A stretch of DNA of 64,000 nucleotides from Azolla caroliniana (GCA_043228905.1 JBHGNT010000008.1:3286001-3350000), one strand, 5' to 3'; positions 13,643 to 27,432 are shown, counted from the stretch's first letter. Numbers and translations are program-made. Notes: a model not told the origin generated them from the letters alone.

Positions 13643-15349
13643 CAGCTGAATGGTTCAGCAGAAGTGGTGTAAGATCTGCTTGTATTTGGTTTTGGAATAT
13701 ATACATGCTAAAACTATGTGATATCTTGTGCATTCTGGTCCCTTTTTCCTAAATGGCAAAGTAGGGGAACTAAGTGCTTGTACCCACGATCATATTTCAG
13801 CTCAGGTAGTCCAGAAAAATAATTTGATTGTAGAGTTCATATAAATTTTATTATGTAATACATTCTTAACCATTTGTCTCATTTACAGGAACTAAACGGT
13901 TCGTCTAAACAGCTGTATTTTGTCTGTACTCTATCAGTTGGCTTCTACCGCTGGCTACATTGAAATATATACATATCTTTTTGGCAATCCGCTTACATAG
14001 ATAAGCAAGCTGTGTAAATTTCGGTAATGCCATATGCAAGATGCAATCAAAGTTGGCAGAGAGAGATCATCATCCTGCTTTGTTGTAAAGTTTTTTATTG
14101 GAGGATTTCTTCAACACGAGCCGTACACAAGTTGTCATCTATATCCACAGTTATGCATGTCTTTGTGCAAACATGATAAGAAATGTTTGGCAATGGGTTG
14201 TTAAGATTTATCTCCCATAAATGGATTGTATCAATTTGGTGTATCAACTTGTGGTCATTCAATGGATGTAAATATGAATTTCTTTCTTTGTATTGGATTT
14301 GCACAATTGTTTCATAGGATCAAATTGAGAGGAGAATTTTCCTTTACATATATGGGCCATAATATAAATATGGCATTTCAATCAATGTGCTAGCAGGGGT
14401 AAACTTGTGGACAGTAGAAACTGTTGTGGTTGTTGAATGAAGGCAGAGATGAGGCATGGATAGCATCGTTGCAGCCCTATTTCACCTAGATTCAATATAT
14501 GTGCGCTTAATTGATTCAGAAGCCTAGGCTATTTGTACCAACAATTATGGAGAAGAAAAGTCGGCTGAATCAAAGGTTATTCATACTGACATTCCTTGGT
14601 ATATGGGGCATCGCAAACGATGGCATGGGAATTTTTGGGAGTAACAATTGACTGCATTCATAACTAATGAGGATCAGAGGAACTTTTAAAATAAATACTT
14701 TGGAGTGAAGTAGATACCATCCATAAACAAATAGGTGCACTCAATACAGTATGGTACACTTAACCATGAGGTCACCCACTTGATACAAAAACATGAAAGT
14801 TTAACACAGCATATTCTGCCAGCAAACTTTTCGAGAGCAGTTATGGATACAAGAAGTGGGGATTCAATGTTCATATATTGTTTAGGAATTACAACACTAG
14901 ATATTCACTCATGCATTAGGTTGAACAAATGTATATCTCGTAGTGCTATGCAATTGTTGAGGGCTTTTGCTTCACATTTAAAGCAATCGAATGATGATGA
15001 GTTTGGTACGACAACCTAATGCGTACGCCGTGCAACTTATGATGTACCAAACGGACAACCTCATGATTGTCGAATCGGTGTCACCGAGTGTGTATGCCTT
15101 TCGGTGGCATAATGATGGATCAAAACGAGGAAGTCTCGATGAGTTTAATACGACGAGCAACACTGCATCGATACTACGCAGCGGATCTGATGAGAGTCTG
15201 GGTCCCGACGGATTTGATGGAAGCAATGCAATCGAGATGCCGCAGCAGGGGATCCCCTGCCATGTATTATTGATCTTCACAACTGATGACTTAAACCATG
15301 AGACCTTAGATCATGTTGAATTGACCGATCTCTCTTCCCTTCGGAGGGA

Positions 15350-17589
15350 ATGCATCGCACCATCGCAGAGCGGGTGAAGTCTAGATTCACACAGAGCATC
15401 AGCGCTGTCTCAGACACCTACATCTCCATTAAGGTTCTTCTTCTTCTCCTCTTTGCTTATGTTTTCTGATTTGTTGATGCCGAATGAAAGTTCTTCCCTT
15501 CTTCTTCTTTTCGTCCTCACAGGACGTCTTTGAGAGACATAAAGTCGTCTTAACAATTGCTGCATCTGTAGCTTCTGCAGGCGCTGCTTGGACAGGTATT
15601 TACAATTCAGAGTAATTTCTTCTTGGATCAGTGTGTAAATTCAATGAATTCTGTGATGTTCCTGGTGCAAGGTGACTTGAGCACATCCAATAGATCTGCC
15701 ATATACATAACATCGAGATCATAAGCCCATTGAAATGGCGCAGACCTCAAATATTAGTGTAGAAATAAATTGTTTGATATTTATTTATTTATCTATCTAT
15801 ATATATGTGAATATGCAGAATTTATTTGTTTATTTCGATTTGGAAACCAAGCAGGACCTAAGGGCCAACAAAAAGAAGCATTTCATGTCTTCTGTGAGAG
15901 ATGAAAAATGATACTGATGCTCAAGAATTTCCATAATAAGCATTTGCAAATTGTAGTTTGGAGTCCACATTATGGCTGCAGGAAAACGGTGTGTAGGTAT
16001 AGATCATGGTGCTTGGAGGTCACATATGATCAATGATACCAAAGGAAACATTTTCATGCAGTATTTGTCTGGAGCTGTTCTAAGGCACACCTCAATGCTC
16101 AAGAATTGCTTGTTGGTATTGTAATTGAGCGTCCACATTGTAATTTGTGATATGGAGAGAGAAAAATGTGTAAGGATGGATAGGTGATGGATTACGATTT
16201 GGAGAAAGCAAGTTTGAATGTGATGGAAAGCTGATTGTTACCTTTCTTGACTTAGATAGTGTTTCTGAAAGTCTCTCAAATTTACATCGTCCAACTTGGA
16301 GTTACAATGTAGAGAAGGTCAATAGTTTGTATTTCGAGGGAAGATCTTTCAGTTAGTTGACGAGTAAGTTGGAATTGGGTACAATTAAATTTTGTAGAAA
16401 CTATAAGGCCGAAGGAAAAGATAACCATTGATGATCTCTTATTTTTCTTTCAAAGGCAGTCACTTGTTACAAACCTGGTGCCTTCTCCACTATTTATTTG
16501 GCTTAAAGAAGCTTTGACCACAAATGTTGAATGTATTTTGCGTTGTGCTTTTAAAGTAGAGGGCTAAGTCATGGAAGATGGAATGTGATCTTTAAAATTA
16601 ACATTTCAATTGTGTATTGAGTTGTACAGGATATGCAGCACGACAATTGCACCAAAAGAAGGTGGAGGCACGGTTGGACACGATAGAACATGTGGTAAAT
16701 ATATGTGCACCCTGCCCCTCTCTCTTTCTTGTCTATCTACTTTGATGTGATTATAGATCTGGCTTTGTTTGGATGGAAACATGAATTCAAATCATCGCTC
16801 ATGTGGTTATCTTGTTTTGGATAGCATAGGCCTGTTTACAGGCTCCCTTTGTAGGGATGTAACATCAACTTAAGATCATGTTGTATGTTCCTAACTTTTC
16901 TGGGTAGCATAGGCCATCTTAACCTCCTTAGTGGCTAATATAGTTTTTCATTCATCAATTCGTTCTCACCCTTCATATTCACGTATGGAGCTGAGCAAGT
17001 GTCTTTCTTATCTTCACTTTGTGCAGATGACAAATGTTCATAATCTTGAGGAAAGACAAGTTAAGGAATTGACAAATACTGGTGTGAGTATGACATCTTG
17101 TGCCGTGACTGCAGGCACAACATTTCTGATTGGGTAAAACTATGAACTTTGCATTCACAAATATGCCATAAAATAAAGAAGTGGAGTTGTGTATAACCTT
17201 TCCCATAGGGATCCTGTAAGCTGTGCATGAGTTTTGTCAGTGTTCAGGGCTTTTTTCTTCATTAATTGGCAGAATTTCTTATTCATACATGAATGTAATA
17301 GGAAACAATGAGAAAATACCACAACGATATAGGAATTTTCCACATACTTTCTATATTTCTATCATATTTGAATGGTCACACCTCTCTGTAAACTGTTGTG
17401 CATTATTTTCATGGATTGTCCTTCAGGTATGGATTAGGCTTTCGTGGAGGTCGACATCGCACACTGAAAAGAATTGAAAGACAACAGCAGAAATTATTAG
17501 CACCGAAAACATCAGCCTTATGGGGGTTACGAAATCGATTGAAGCTTATGAATCGAGAGAAAATTCCAGAAGCTTCGAAGCCCAGTTAG
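15350..17589 (+). CDS. Uncharacterised plant protein, 163 aa, two hydrophobic segments; exons 15350-15433, 15523-15595, 16630-16694, 17027-17133, 17427-17589
   Basis: Five GT-AG exons join in phase to give MHRTIAERVKSRF..DVFERHKVVLTIAASVASAGAAWTGYAARQLHQKKVEARLDTIEHVMTN..CAVTAGTTFLIGYGLGFRGGRH..PS*. As I recall, this resembles a conserved plant family of unknown function (FERHxVV..GYGLGWRGG). The ORF track does not show it as one unit. Confidence 0.85.
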
Positions 17590-18196
17590 ACTTCTTCGGC
17601 TGTTAATGTGGGGTATTTTTGGAGGTCGTATCCAACATAGCTGATCTCACAACTATTATTTGAGCAACGCCAATTCTCAATGGGAGGGGAGCTACATACA
17701 AATTACAGCTTTCCTTAGAACTGGTGATCATGCTCCATTCTATGAATGTGTGTATCATATGTGTTATAGTGGCACTAATATATATTTCACAAAGTCACGT
17801 GTAATGGATGTGTCAATTAGTAAGAAAACAGGAAAGTATGTGCTAAAGCACAAGGTGGAAGCATTGCCTTCATACATTGCATACAAGATTCATGATGTCT
17901 TCAATTATTTTTTAATAAGCGATTTCTTATGATGTTTCCATGGCCGATCTTTTCTTTCTCTCCATTGTTTTTCTTTTGCATATTTTGAATCTCAGATTGG
18001 ATGTTAAGTATAAAAGTTTCATGTTGGAACATTGCAAGTAGTATAAATTAGCATCCCAATACTATTCTTGGTGCAGGTTGTGATCTCTTGCTTCTTCCTA
18101 CTGCTTGTGTGTTTCACTGCTCTCTTAATGGAACTTCGAGGTGTGTATGCATGTGTTGTGGTTCCCATGCTCAAAAAACTTGTGAAAGGAGCATGC

Positions 18197-18492
18197 TAGG
18201 AAACGGCAACAGTTTGATTTCAGCTTAACCGGTTTGTCCTTGTCCAAACCAAACCGATTAAGCCTTAACCAGTTTGGGAGTTTTCAAACTTGAACTGATC
18301 TGATCCGAAAACCAGTTTAGCCAAACCGAATAAGCCTTAACTGGTTTGGATTAAACCGGTTCAGTTCAGCTTGAGCAATCCCAAACCGAGCTCAAATTAG
18401 ATAAGAAACTCAAGCTAAACGAAGCCGAACCAAACCGTCAAACAATTAAACAACTCGGTTCAGGCTTGAGTTGAGCTGTTGTTGCCTCTTAA
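18197..18492. mobile_element. hAT-type non-autonomous DNA transposon (MITE), about 296 bp
   Basis: 8-bp direct repeat GAGCATGC at 18189-18196 and 18493-18500. Imperfect terminal inverted repeats TAGGAAACGGCAACAG and CTGTTGTTGCCTCTTA. Many subterminal AAACCG/CGGTTT motifs. Confidence 0.75.
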
Positions 18493-20166
18493 GAGCATGC
18501 GACACATGTTACCTATGCATTTTAATGGGAAACATGGGAGTAAACTGAAGGTGGCCAACCATTATTTTGAGCTAGATTGAATCATTGACGACCTCCTGCT
18601 TCACTCCTTCTCATACATTGTATCAAGATATGTCTTGCATGTTCATTGAGGAATTCTTGCATGCATTGTTTATATAATTATTAGTATCATATTATGTGTT
18701 CCCTTGTGGGATTAGCACCCATCAAAAAGCCTTAAGGCATATGTATCATGTGATTGATATTCAAATCATCTCTCTATTATTGGAGAAGTAGAACTTGAAA
18801 TTTGTTGGGCATGTAGGCCACATCCACTTGGATTATGATGCTCAACAACCTCTCCACTAAAAACCAAATCTATCATTTGATAACACGAGAGCATATTTCC
18901 TTGCTTTTGAGAGTCTCCATCATGAATTAACCAATATTAAAGATCTTCAAAATATACTATCTCATCTCATTTAAGCACGACTAGAATATTGTTAGGACAA
19001 AGTCAAAATCATTTCTTTTGTTGATAATAATAATGAGAAATTATTCTAAGAGGTATCCCCTATGGAACACAAGACCATCTAATCTTTGGCACGAGACATC
19101 ACCAACTCAGCTCCATGTCTCTCTCTCATGCTCAAGTTTCACCTCCTTCACTACTTGATGAATCCTTTGTAGCTTCTTCATATAATGACCTATGGAAATG
19201 GATATTATAAAGAATTGAGCAAGTGAAAGGTTTTAAGGTTTTAAGGTTTTAGTGTTTTAGTTAACATTGTTGCACCAAAGTACCAACCTTAGAGATTTAT
19301 GATTGGAACATAACTTTTTTATTTATATATAGCTCAAATCAACCCTTGCAAGTTGGGGGACAATGATCACATTAGGCCTAAGTGCAACATATGCACGGGT
19401 TTATATCTTGCTAGTTTCACAAATTTATTATATGCTAATGCACTTGGGTCTATATCACGATTTGGTCTTAGCCACTTGGGCTCAAATCTTATTGTCTAAA
19501 TTGGCTTTCTAGAGGTTATATCATCTTTTAATGTTCTTCCCAAATTTACTTCTTACTTGATTAGGTTGGTGTGAAGAAACGTATTATTGTTTGCCCTTTT
19601 GTCAGCAAGAGTAGGTGTCGATCACTCTCAAACGAAGCTTTAATCCTACTCTTTGACTTAATCACATTCATGAGATTAAATGGTTGCTTGGTTATGAGAG
19701 AGTTCAGTATAATCCAAGCACTCGTTTGAAGAGAAACAATACAAGAAATCACCAACACCACTAAGCTTCCAATAGTTTGTGATGTTATATGCAAGCCTTT
19801 AGTATAAGTCACAATTGGGAGGCTATATAGGCTACCTTATTTTGTCTATTATACTACATCTTCAAGGATCTTTGATGCATCCTTGAACCACAAAATAGGA
19901 GGTGAGATGTTTATGGGATACTTAAGATACACTTCTATGGAATTTATGGGTTAAAGACATGATGTTCGAGTTTTTGTTGAATAACCTAACTAGGTTGCCT
20001 CCCCATGTCTATTATAACAAGTTATTGGAATGGACAATGAGGGTGGTAAAGATGAGATGATTGAGGGTCAATTTGTATCTCCCTAGTGAGTCTCTTGTTA
20101 TCCTCTCGTAATGTTGGTGAAATGTGTTCATGAGTATGTCACTTCTCTCACTCTCTCTTTCTCTGT

Positions 20167-21810
20167 TTTATATTGTTGCTTCGTAGACTTCAAGAAAGCT
20201 TTTGATATGGTATTTTGTGGGCATCTTTGGAGGCAAATGGAAGAACTCGAGGTGCTAAGTGAATATATTCTTGCAATTTCCCGAGTCTATGAGAAGGTTA
20301 TATGTTGTATGCATATATGCATATATGCTTGATAGACTTTCGGATTTTTTCAATAACATGATTGGTGTTAAGCAAGTATTCCCACTCTCACCAACTCTAT
20401 TTGGTCTATAAATTGATGAATTGAAAGAAATGGTTACTAAGTTTGTAATGGAAGAAGGCATTGAAGACGTTGTCATTAGGAATGTAGCCATCATGCTTTT
20501 ATTATGTGTGGATTGGAATTTTTTTGCATGCAAGTGTCCATACTCTAAAACAAATTTTATGTTTGTGAAGAGCCAAAAAAAGATAAACTATGCACTATGC
20601 ACAATAATTCGTCACTTAAATGTTTGGAAAGCTTCAAATATCTTAACCTTGAAGTTTCTTCAAATCATGGATGAAATGAATGTGGGATCCACCACTTAGA
20701 GGCAATAAAGTGAGAATATTATGCATTTGAGAACACATGCAATCATGGAGAAATTTAAGTGTTGGGTCCTCATGAAATACCTTTTCGACACTTTGGTGAT
20801 ACCGGTGCTTCTCTATAGGGTAGAAGTATGGGGTGGTCGCATCCATAAATCTATTTGGAAAGAGTTTGAAATTTTCCAAAAGTATATTCTTACAAAGTTT
20901 CTACAAGTTAAGAAACAAACGCCATATAACCTCCGCTTACTTGAAACGAGATTGCTTCCCATCGAGATAATGACCATGGAAAGGGTTATTGAATAAGTGC
21001 TTAAAGTTCTAAAAAGTCCCTCACATCAACTTCCTATAATTGCATGGGAAGCAAGCAAAAAGATTCAAAAAACACATAAAACCAAAAATTTGTGTTCCGA
21101 TTGAACGTAAGATATGGAAAAATGGTTTGGTAGATGGGATGATGCAACACACTTGCTTCATGATGCACCACTAGATTCCTTTGTAAACGAGCCTTTTTGC
21201 AACGCCAATGTATCATGGCATGTGAAAAATGTGGATTGTCATGCTTCATGCATTATTATACTACACATATTGCACCCAACTACAAAACCATATTCTTCAC
21301 CAAACAGGAAAACTGTGCATATCAACATGTTAGAGACCACTCTATTATTTGCCATGTGATTCATTGTTTCTGTGCGACTTAGTTCAAACATATTGCAATG
21401 TGACACTAGGCATTGAGGCACACACGATGAGAGTGGTTGACTTTGCCATGTGATTCATTGTTTCCACGCTCCTTAGCTCAAACACATTGCAATGTGAGAC
21501 AGGGCATTGGGGCACACTTTGCCCGAAAGAAGTAGTGGAGTCTTAGTATCACGCTTTGATAAAATGCTCTACCTTTGATCATATTCGACTATGCTTTCCA
21601 TACATCTTCGACCAAACCCATCTCTTACACGAACTTCCCTCACAATCACAATGTGTATTATCGACTGCAACATTCATTGGTAAAGTTCTGAAACATCGAG
21701 ATTCATTACTCACTTTCACATGTATTACTTGAAACGTAATATCGTTGATCTCATAGGTCATATTTGGCCTCCCGAAGACGATAATTGAATCTATCTATCC
21801 ATCCATCCCT
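20167..21810 (+). mobile_element. Decayed, 5'-truncated RTE-X-like LINE (RT domain to 3' end) with (ATCT/ATCC)n tail
   Basis: Fragments read YCCFVDFKKAFDMV, IGVKQ..PLSPTLFGL, LFDTLVIPVLLYRVEVWG and KFLQVKKQTPY..LLET, with many stops and frameshifts. Internal ~94-bp duplication at about 21349-21516. Tail at about 21789-21808. Confidence 0.8.
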
Positions 21811-21911
21811 ATCTCTTGCACACACACATATTGATGAACAAACCAACCTTAGCGGTGAGTTATTTATTATTTAGAACGAAATCACATTGTTTATATTTCA
21901 TTTGTTCTTAC

Positions 21912-22175
21912 ATCAACATACATACGTGTAGACATTCAAATCAACACACACACACACACACACGTACGTACATGAATACATACATACATACATAACAAGA
22001 CATCCATACATCCATACATACATAGATACGTAGATGCATAGATAGATAGATACGTACATACATACATACATACATAGCAAGACATACATACATACATACA
22101 TAGCAAGACATCCATACATCCATACATCCATACATAACAAGACGTACATACATAGATACGATGACATATGTACAC
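21912..22175. repeat. Compound (TACA)n/(CA)n/(TAGA)n microsatellite
   Basis: Directly visible. Confidence 0.9.
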
Positions 22176-22179
22176 TCAC

Positions 22180-22425
22180 TCAATGAAGGAAAGTGAGCGG
22201 GTTTTCATCACCATCATCATCATTAACAATCAAAATAAAAATCATTAACAATCGACATAAACATACACACTCAAGCAAGGAAAGTGAGCGGGTTTTCATC
22301 ATCATCATTAACAATCAACATAAACATCATTAACAATAAAAATAAACATACAATCACTGAAGCAAGGAAAGTGAGAGCGGGTTTTCATCATCATCATCAT
22401 TATCATTAACAGTCAACATAAACAT
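22180..22425. repeat. Three tandem ~90-bp units upstream of DnaJ
   Basis: AAGGAAAGTGAG(AG)CGGGTTTTCATCA..ATTAACA recurs at about 22185, 22277 and 22364. Confidence 0.85.
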
Positions 22426-22550
22426 TGTCTTCATGTTATGATCGGACGGACAATGATATGAATATCATCATCTTCATTTGATGAGAAGCCCGGCGGCCCA
22501 GAGGAGGAGGAGGCACGCATGGTTAAAACTTAATGTTAGAGTTGGTTCAT

Positions 22551-22565
22551 GGAAGCTTCTAGAAG
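22551..22565 (+). promoter_or_regulatory. Perfect heat-shock element (nGAAn nTTCn nGAAn)
   Basis: The sequence is gGAAgcTTCtaGAAg, about 570 bp upstream of the ATG of a DnaJ chaperone gene. Confidence 0.75.
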
Positions 22566-23118
22566 TCCATGGGCGGCCAAATAACGACCTAGCTCACCTC
22601 AATTGGACGGTGGCGATTGCGCCGATCCTGCAGATTTAGGGCAACGATCGGACGGTCTACATCTCATCTCTCTCATCTCTGTCTGTCTGTCTGTTTCTTT
22701 CTTTCATTCCTTCCTTCCGCCATAGCTCGCTCTCGCTCTCCCTCTGCAGACACGCGAGAAGCGAGAGGCGCATCCCGCTATCTCTTACCTCCAGCTTCCC
22801 CACCCCGGTAGGCTTCTGGATCCAGAAGAAAAGCTTGCGCTTTCTCTCTCTCTCTCTCTTGCGGACATCTCAACTGTTTGATCTTTGCTTCCAACTATAC
22901 GGCCTTCAGTTATACATTGAAAAGAAAGCAAGATAAGGCTTCAACTGTTTGATCTTTTCTTCAACTGTTTGATCTTTGCTTCACAACAGAGAAGCCCGCT
23001 CCGTTCCCTAGGGATCCGAAGTCTTTGATTGAGATTCTCGCTATTTCTTCTGTTTCATCCTATTCTGAGACGGATCTTCCTCTCCGAGATCTTGCGTGTC
23101 TTATTTAGAACTTACACC

Positions 23119-26100
23119 ATGTTTGGCCGAGCTCCGAAGAAGAGTGATAACACCAGATACTACGATGTTCTGGGTGTTGCGAAGAGTGCCTCGGCTGATG
23201 AGCTCAAGAAAGCTTACCGAAAAGCAGCCATCAAGAACCATCCAGACAAAGGAGGCGATCCTGAGAAGGTTTCGTTATATATTTAGTTTTTTGTTTGATG
23301 GAAATTTATTCTGGAATTTTCCTGGTCCTTTTGAAATTTCCGATCTTCTTGTATGGAACCTTACACCTCTCGTATACAATTCTATATCATTCTGATGAGA
23401 ATGTGGATCATTCAGATTAAATATATACCTTTTTAAGTTTTTGATATTTGGATGAAGTTTTTTTGTTTTTCTTTTGTGTTACTGTACTAATCTCGTAAAG
23501 TCCATCGTTTTATCCTTCCTTCCTTCCTTTCTGACGAGTATTTAGCACATTATCTGTCTGCGTTTTTTGTTAGTGTCCTGCCAATATTTTTTAGTAAAAA
23601 TGATGTTTTCATTTTCTTCCATATTGAATCTTGTGTGTTTTCGATTGTTTTTCAATGATAGAGACTTATCTGTCTGTAAATGAAGCTTAAGCTTTTATGC
23701 TATTTAGATCTTTCAAATGAATGTGAAGTGAATTTCTATTAATCCATTTCATGTTTGGGTTTGTCTGCCTCTGTCGGTAAAACTCATATCGTGCATATTC
23801 TTTCAATCCGCCAGGTCAACATCTGTTCAGCATATTGTCTCAGGGTTCTGTCTATCAGTGAATGCATGCTGTGTGTATCTCTTTGAATTTTTTCATTTTA
23901 AGATATGCTTGAAGAACACGAAATCTTGAAGGTTCAAAAGTCTTTCTATTAGCATCTTTACTTAGGGTTCTGTCTGTCAGTGAATGCATGCTGTGTGTAT
24001 CTCTTTGAATTTTTTAATTTTAAGATATGCTTGAAGAACACGAAATCTGGAAAATTGTATCAGCAAAGTGAGTATTTTTCGTCTTTATGTTTCAGTTTAA
24101 AGAGTTAGCACAAGCATATGAAGTCTTGAGCGATCCTGAGAAAAGGGAAATTTATGATCAATATGGCGAAGACGCTCTCAAGGAAGGAATGGGTGGTGGT
24201 GGTGGTGGTCACAACCCATTTGACATTTTTGAGTCCTTCTTTGGTGGAAGTCCCTTTGGAGGTTTGTTTCTTTTATCTCCTTGTATATTTTAAAACTACT
24301 AGTAACTTATTGGTGAATATCAGAGGATTTCTGTTTTTTCTTGTAAGAAGTTGATTAACTGGGGATTGGGAAAAGGCTGCCTGCAACGATGGTCGCTATG
24401 AAAATATATCTTGTTTCTTTTACCTATGTGATCCTTTTTTATTCTGTGGCAATCTTTCTCATCGTTTTGTGATTTCGGTTTGTTATTGCTGATAGGAGGT
24501 AGCAGCCGTGGCAGTAGAAGACAGAGGCGTGGTGAGGATGTTGTGCATCCGTTGAAGGTGTCCCTTGAAGACTTATATAATGGAACCTCGAAGAAGCTGT
24601 CGTTGGCTAGGAAAGTCCTCTGTGCAAAGTGTAAAGGGTATGCATTCATCTCTTGTTTCCTCACCCATCTTTTTTCTAGTTGTGTATCTTTATTTATCCT
24701 AAATTTGTGTTGTTTTCTCTTCATTCTGTGACAGAACTGGCTCCAAATCAGGAGCTTCAATGAAGTGTGCTGGTTGCCAAGGGTCTGGCGTGAAGGTTTC
24801 TGTCAGGCAACTTGGTCCTGGAATGATACAACAGGTGCAACATGCATGTCCTCAATGTAAAGGTTCAGGTATGTTATAAGAATATTGTTAATGGCAAAGT
24901 TGTATTAGTTGTTCCTATACTAACCTCCAATGTATGCATCAATATAGGAGAGACTATTAGCGAGAAAGATAAATGTCCCAATTGTAAAGGTGAGAAGATA
25001 GTTCAAGATAAGAAAGTATTGGAAGTACATGTAGAAAAGGGTATGCAAAATGGACAGAAGATTACATTCCCTGGTGAAGCTGATGAAGCGGTAATACATC
25101 TAGCTATAACATTAAATGTAAAGCATCTTGCGTTATCAAGGAAGGAGTAAGTTTGATGGCATTTATCTTCTTGCAGCCTGATACTGTGACTGGTGATATA
25201 GTATTCGTGCTACAGCTCAAGGAACATGCAAGGTTTAAAAGAAAGGGTGATGATCTGTTTGTAGAGCATGCCTTGAACCTTACAGAGGCTCTGTGTGGCT
25301 TCCAATTTGTTCTGCAGCATCTTGATGGACGACAGTTATTGATTAAATCAAACGCTGGAGAGATTGTGAAACCAGGTTTGTAATCTTTGCCTTTAATGAA
25401 GTTTGATCAAATATTGCTTCTAATCACTGTGTGATCTTATTTTGTTAATAGTACTAAAGAAATTAACTGTGTGTCTGATCTGTAACATTAATGCAACCAT
25501 ATAAATTGCTCATATCTCTTGTGCTTTGTAGAATTATTTATTAATTTTATGATGTATTTTGTTCTTATTAGAATAGAGGAGTACCCGCTCTTGTTTCTTT
25601 GGACCTGATTTGTTGTGACCTTAGCATTTACTCTGGTGTTGGTCTAGTATTACTTCTATGCTCTTCGTGAATTAATTTGTTAACATTACTATAAAACGAC
25701 CATGTTCGTGAATTTATTTGTTCATGTATATTGTGGTTGATAGCATTATTTAACAATGCTACAATGTATCTGAGAAGTACTTGCACTTGTATTTCTTTGA
25801 ACCATGTGAAGGTGCTTGTTTTTTGTTTAGCAGGCTGGTTGTTTTAATGCCATCTATTATCTGATCCTTTAAATTGTGATGTGTTCTTGCCCTTTATGGG
25901 CGAACTTATAGCTCATGCAACCCCACAAATAAAGAAATTTGAGCTATTCTTGCGAGTTTCCACAATTTTTAGCTTTTTTTGGTGAACGTTACTTGTTATT
26001 TTGTAATACCATATTTTGTTGTAAAATTGGTTAATCATTCATCAAAAGCATTATGCATAAAAATAGTTGAAAGCTTTGTAAACCTTACAAATTAACCATT

Positions 26101-26479
26101 TCTATTTGTAATTGTTCTCTACGGAAGATGATTCATTTTTTATATTGCAGATCAATTCAAGGCCATTAATGATGAAGGCATGCCTATGTATCAGAGACCA
26201 TTTATGAAGGGCAAGCTTTATGTTCACTTCTCTGTAGAATTTCCAGAATCTGGCTCTCTCTCTGCAGACCAGTGTCACGCCTTAGAAGCAATTCTACCTG
26301 CTAGGCCAGTCAATGGGCTGACAGATATGGAGCTGGATGAATGTGAAGAGACGATCTTGCAAGATGTGAATATGGAAGACGAGATGAGAAGAAAGCAACA
26401 AGCTGCACAAGAAGCATATGAAGAAGATGATGAAGCAGGTGGTGGTGGTGGTCCACGTGTGCAGTGTGCTCAACAGTAG
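23119..26479 (+). CDS. J3: Type I DnaJ/Hsp40 (J2/J3, YDJ1-like), 420 aa; exons 23119-23268, 24096-24261, 24496-24637, 24735-24868, 24948-25090, 25177-25375, 26151-26479
   Basis: [15 protein letters not shown] start, J-domain HPD, G/F-rich region, four CxxCxGx(G) zinc-finger repeats and C-terminal CAQQ CaaX farnesylation motif. All introns are GT-AG and in phase (1263 nt total). Confidence 0.97.
23842..24047. repeat. Direct duplication of about 85 bp (period ~122) in DnaJ intron 1
   Basis: AGGGTTCTGTCT..GAAGAACACGAAATCT at about 23842 and 23964. Confidence 0.9.
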
Positions 26480-27088
26480 AATGAATTATTGTTCTTGTTA
26501 TCATCGTTCTTCTCTAGTCATTATCGTGAGTTCATACATTACTGCAAATCTTTATAACAGGTCTGATGCCTTTGATATCTATGTAGCAATATGTCTGATT
26601 TTGGCTCCACTGCGATTTTGTTCTCGTTGTGTATTGATGCCATAAAACAATGTCGTCTAATTATACTTAATACGAACTAAATTTTATTTTGATGGCAAGT
26701 TGCCAAGTTCTTTTATTCGGGTGTATATTTGAATTTTTGTTCAGGCAACTTTCTTGAAGACCTCATTTCCTAGAGGATAACCAAAAATATTAAGAGGTGG
26801 ATGTAATGTTGCATCTGATTAGCTTGGTAAACCTAAGATCTTGGTAATTAAATTTTGCAAGGGTTATGCTCTGGTCGGAAAATACAAACTGAAATAAATA
26901 GTTCATAAGGATTTGTGCGTATGCTTTTTGTAAAGTCTTCTTGTGAGATAATAAATATACTAACTTGAATTTTCTTTTATGAATCTTGTGTGGGAGACTT
27001 GAATGAATATGAGTTCTTTGATGTAGCTTCATGAGAACCGTTTTCAAACTTAGTAATGAGTTTTTTTCAATCCTCCAAAGTCACTTTT

Positions 27089-27432
27089 CTTCATGCAAAG
27101 AGCTGTTTTTATGGTAGTCTGTAGATCATTAAGATTTTGGTTGGAACCCCAACTATGTTGAATTCTTTGAACAATGAGCTTCTTGTCTCAACTCCACAAA
27201 AGACTATCAAAATGTGTTGCGTTGTTTCCGTAAAATGAATATTCCGTCTATGATTGATGTACATACTAGCATAAAAACAGCTCTTTCCTTCATGCAAAGA
27301 GCTGTTTTTATGCTGTTTTATAGATCTTTCAGATTTTGGGTGGAACCCCAACTCTGTTAAATTCTTTGAACGTGAGGAGCCAGTTCTTTGAACTCCACAA
27401 ACAACTATCAAAATGTTTTGCTTTGTTTCCAT
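27089..27432. repeat. Diverged tandem duplication, period ~199 bp
   Basis: CTTCATGCAAAGAGCTGTTTTTATG..GGAACCCCAACT..ACTCCACAAA..ATCAAAATG..GTTTCC occurs twice. Confidence 0.85.

Noticed and set aside
14991-15377. 128-aa ORF upstream of the 15350 gene
   Set aside because: No recognisable motif. It overlaps the promoter/5' UTR in a different frame from the spliced gene.
16640-16695. KEGGGTVGHDR resembling the ribosomal protein L27 N-terminus
   Set aside because: Wrong frame. The splice-compatible frame reads RQLHQKKVEARLDTIEHV.
19228-19262. TTTTAAGG repeats as an interstitial telomere
   Set aside because: Only 3-4 degenerate units, and not TTTAGGG.
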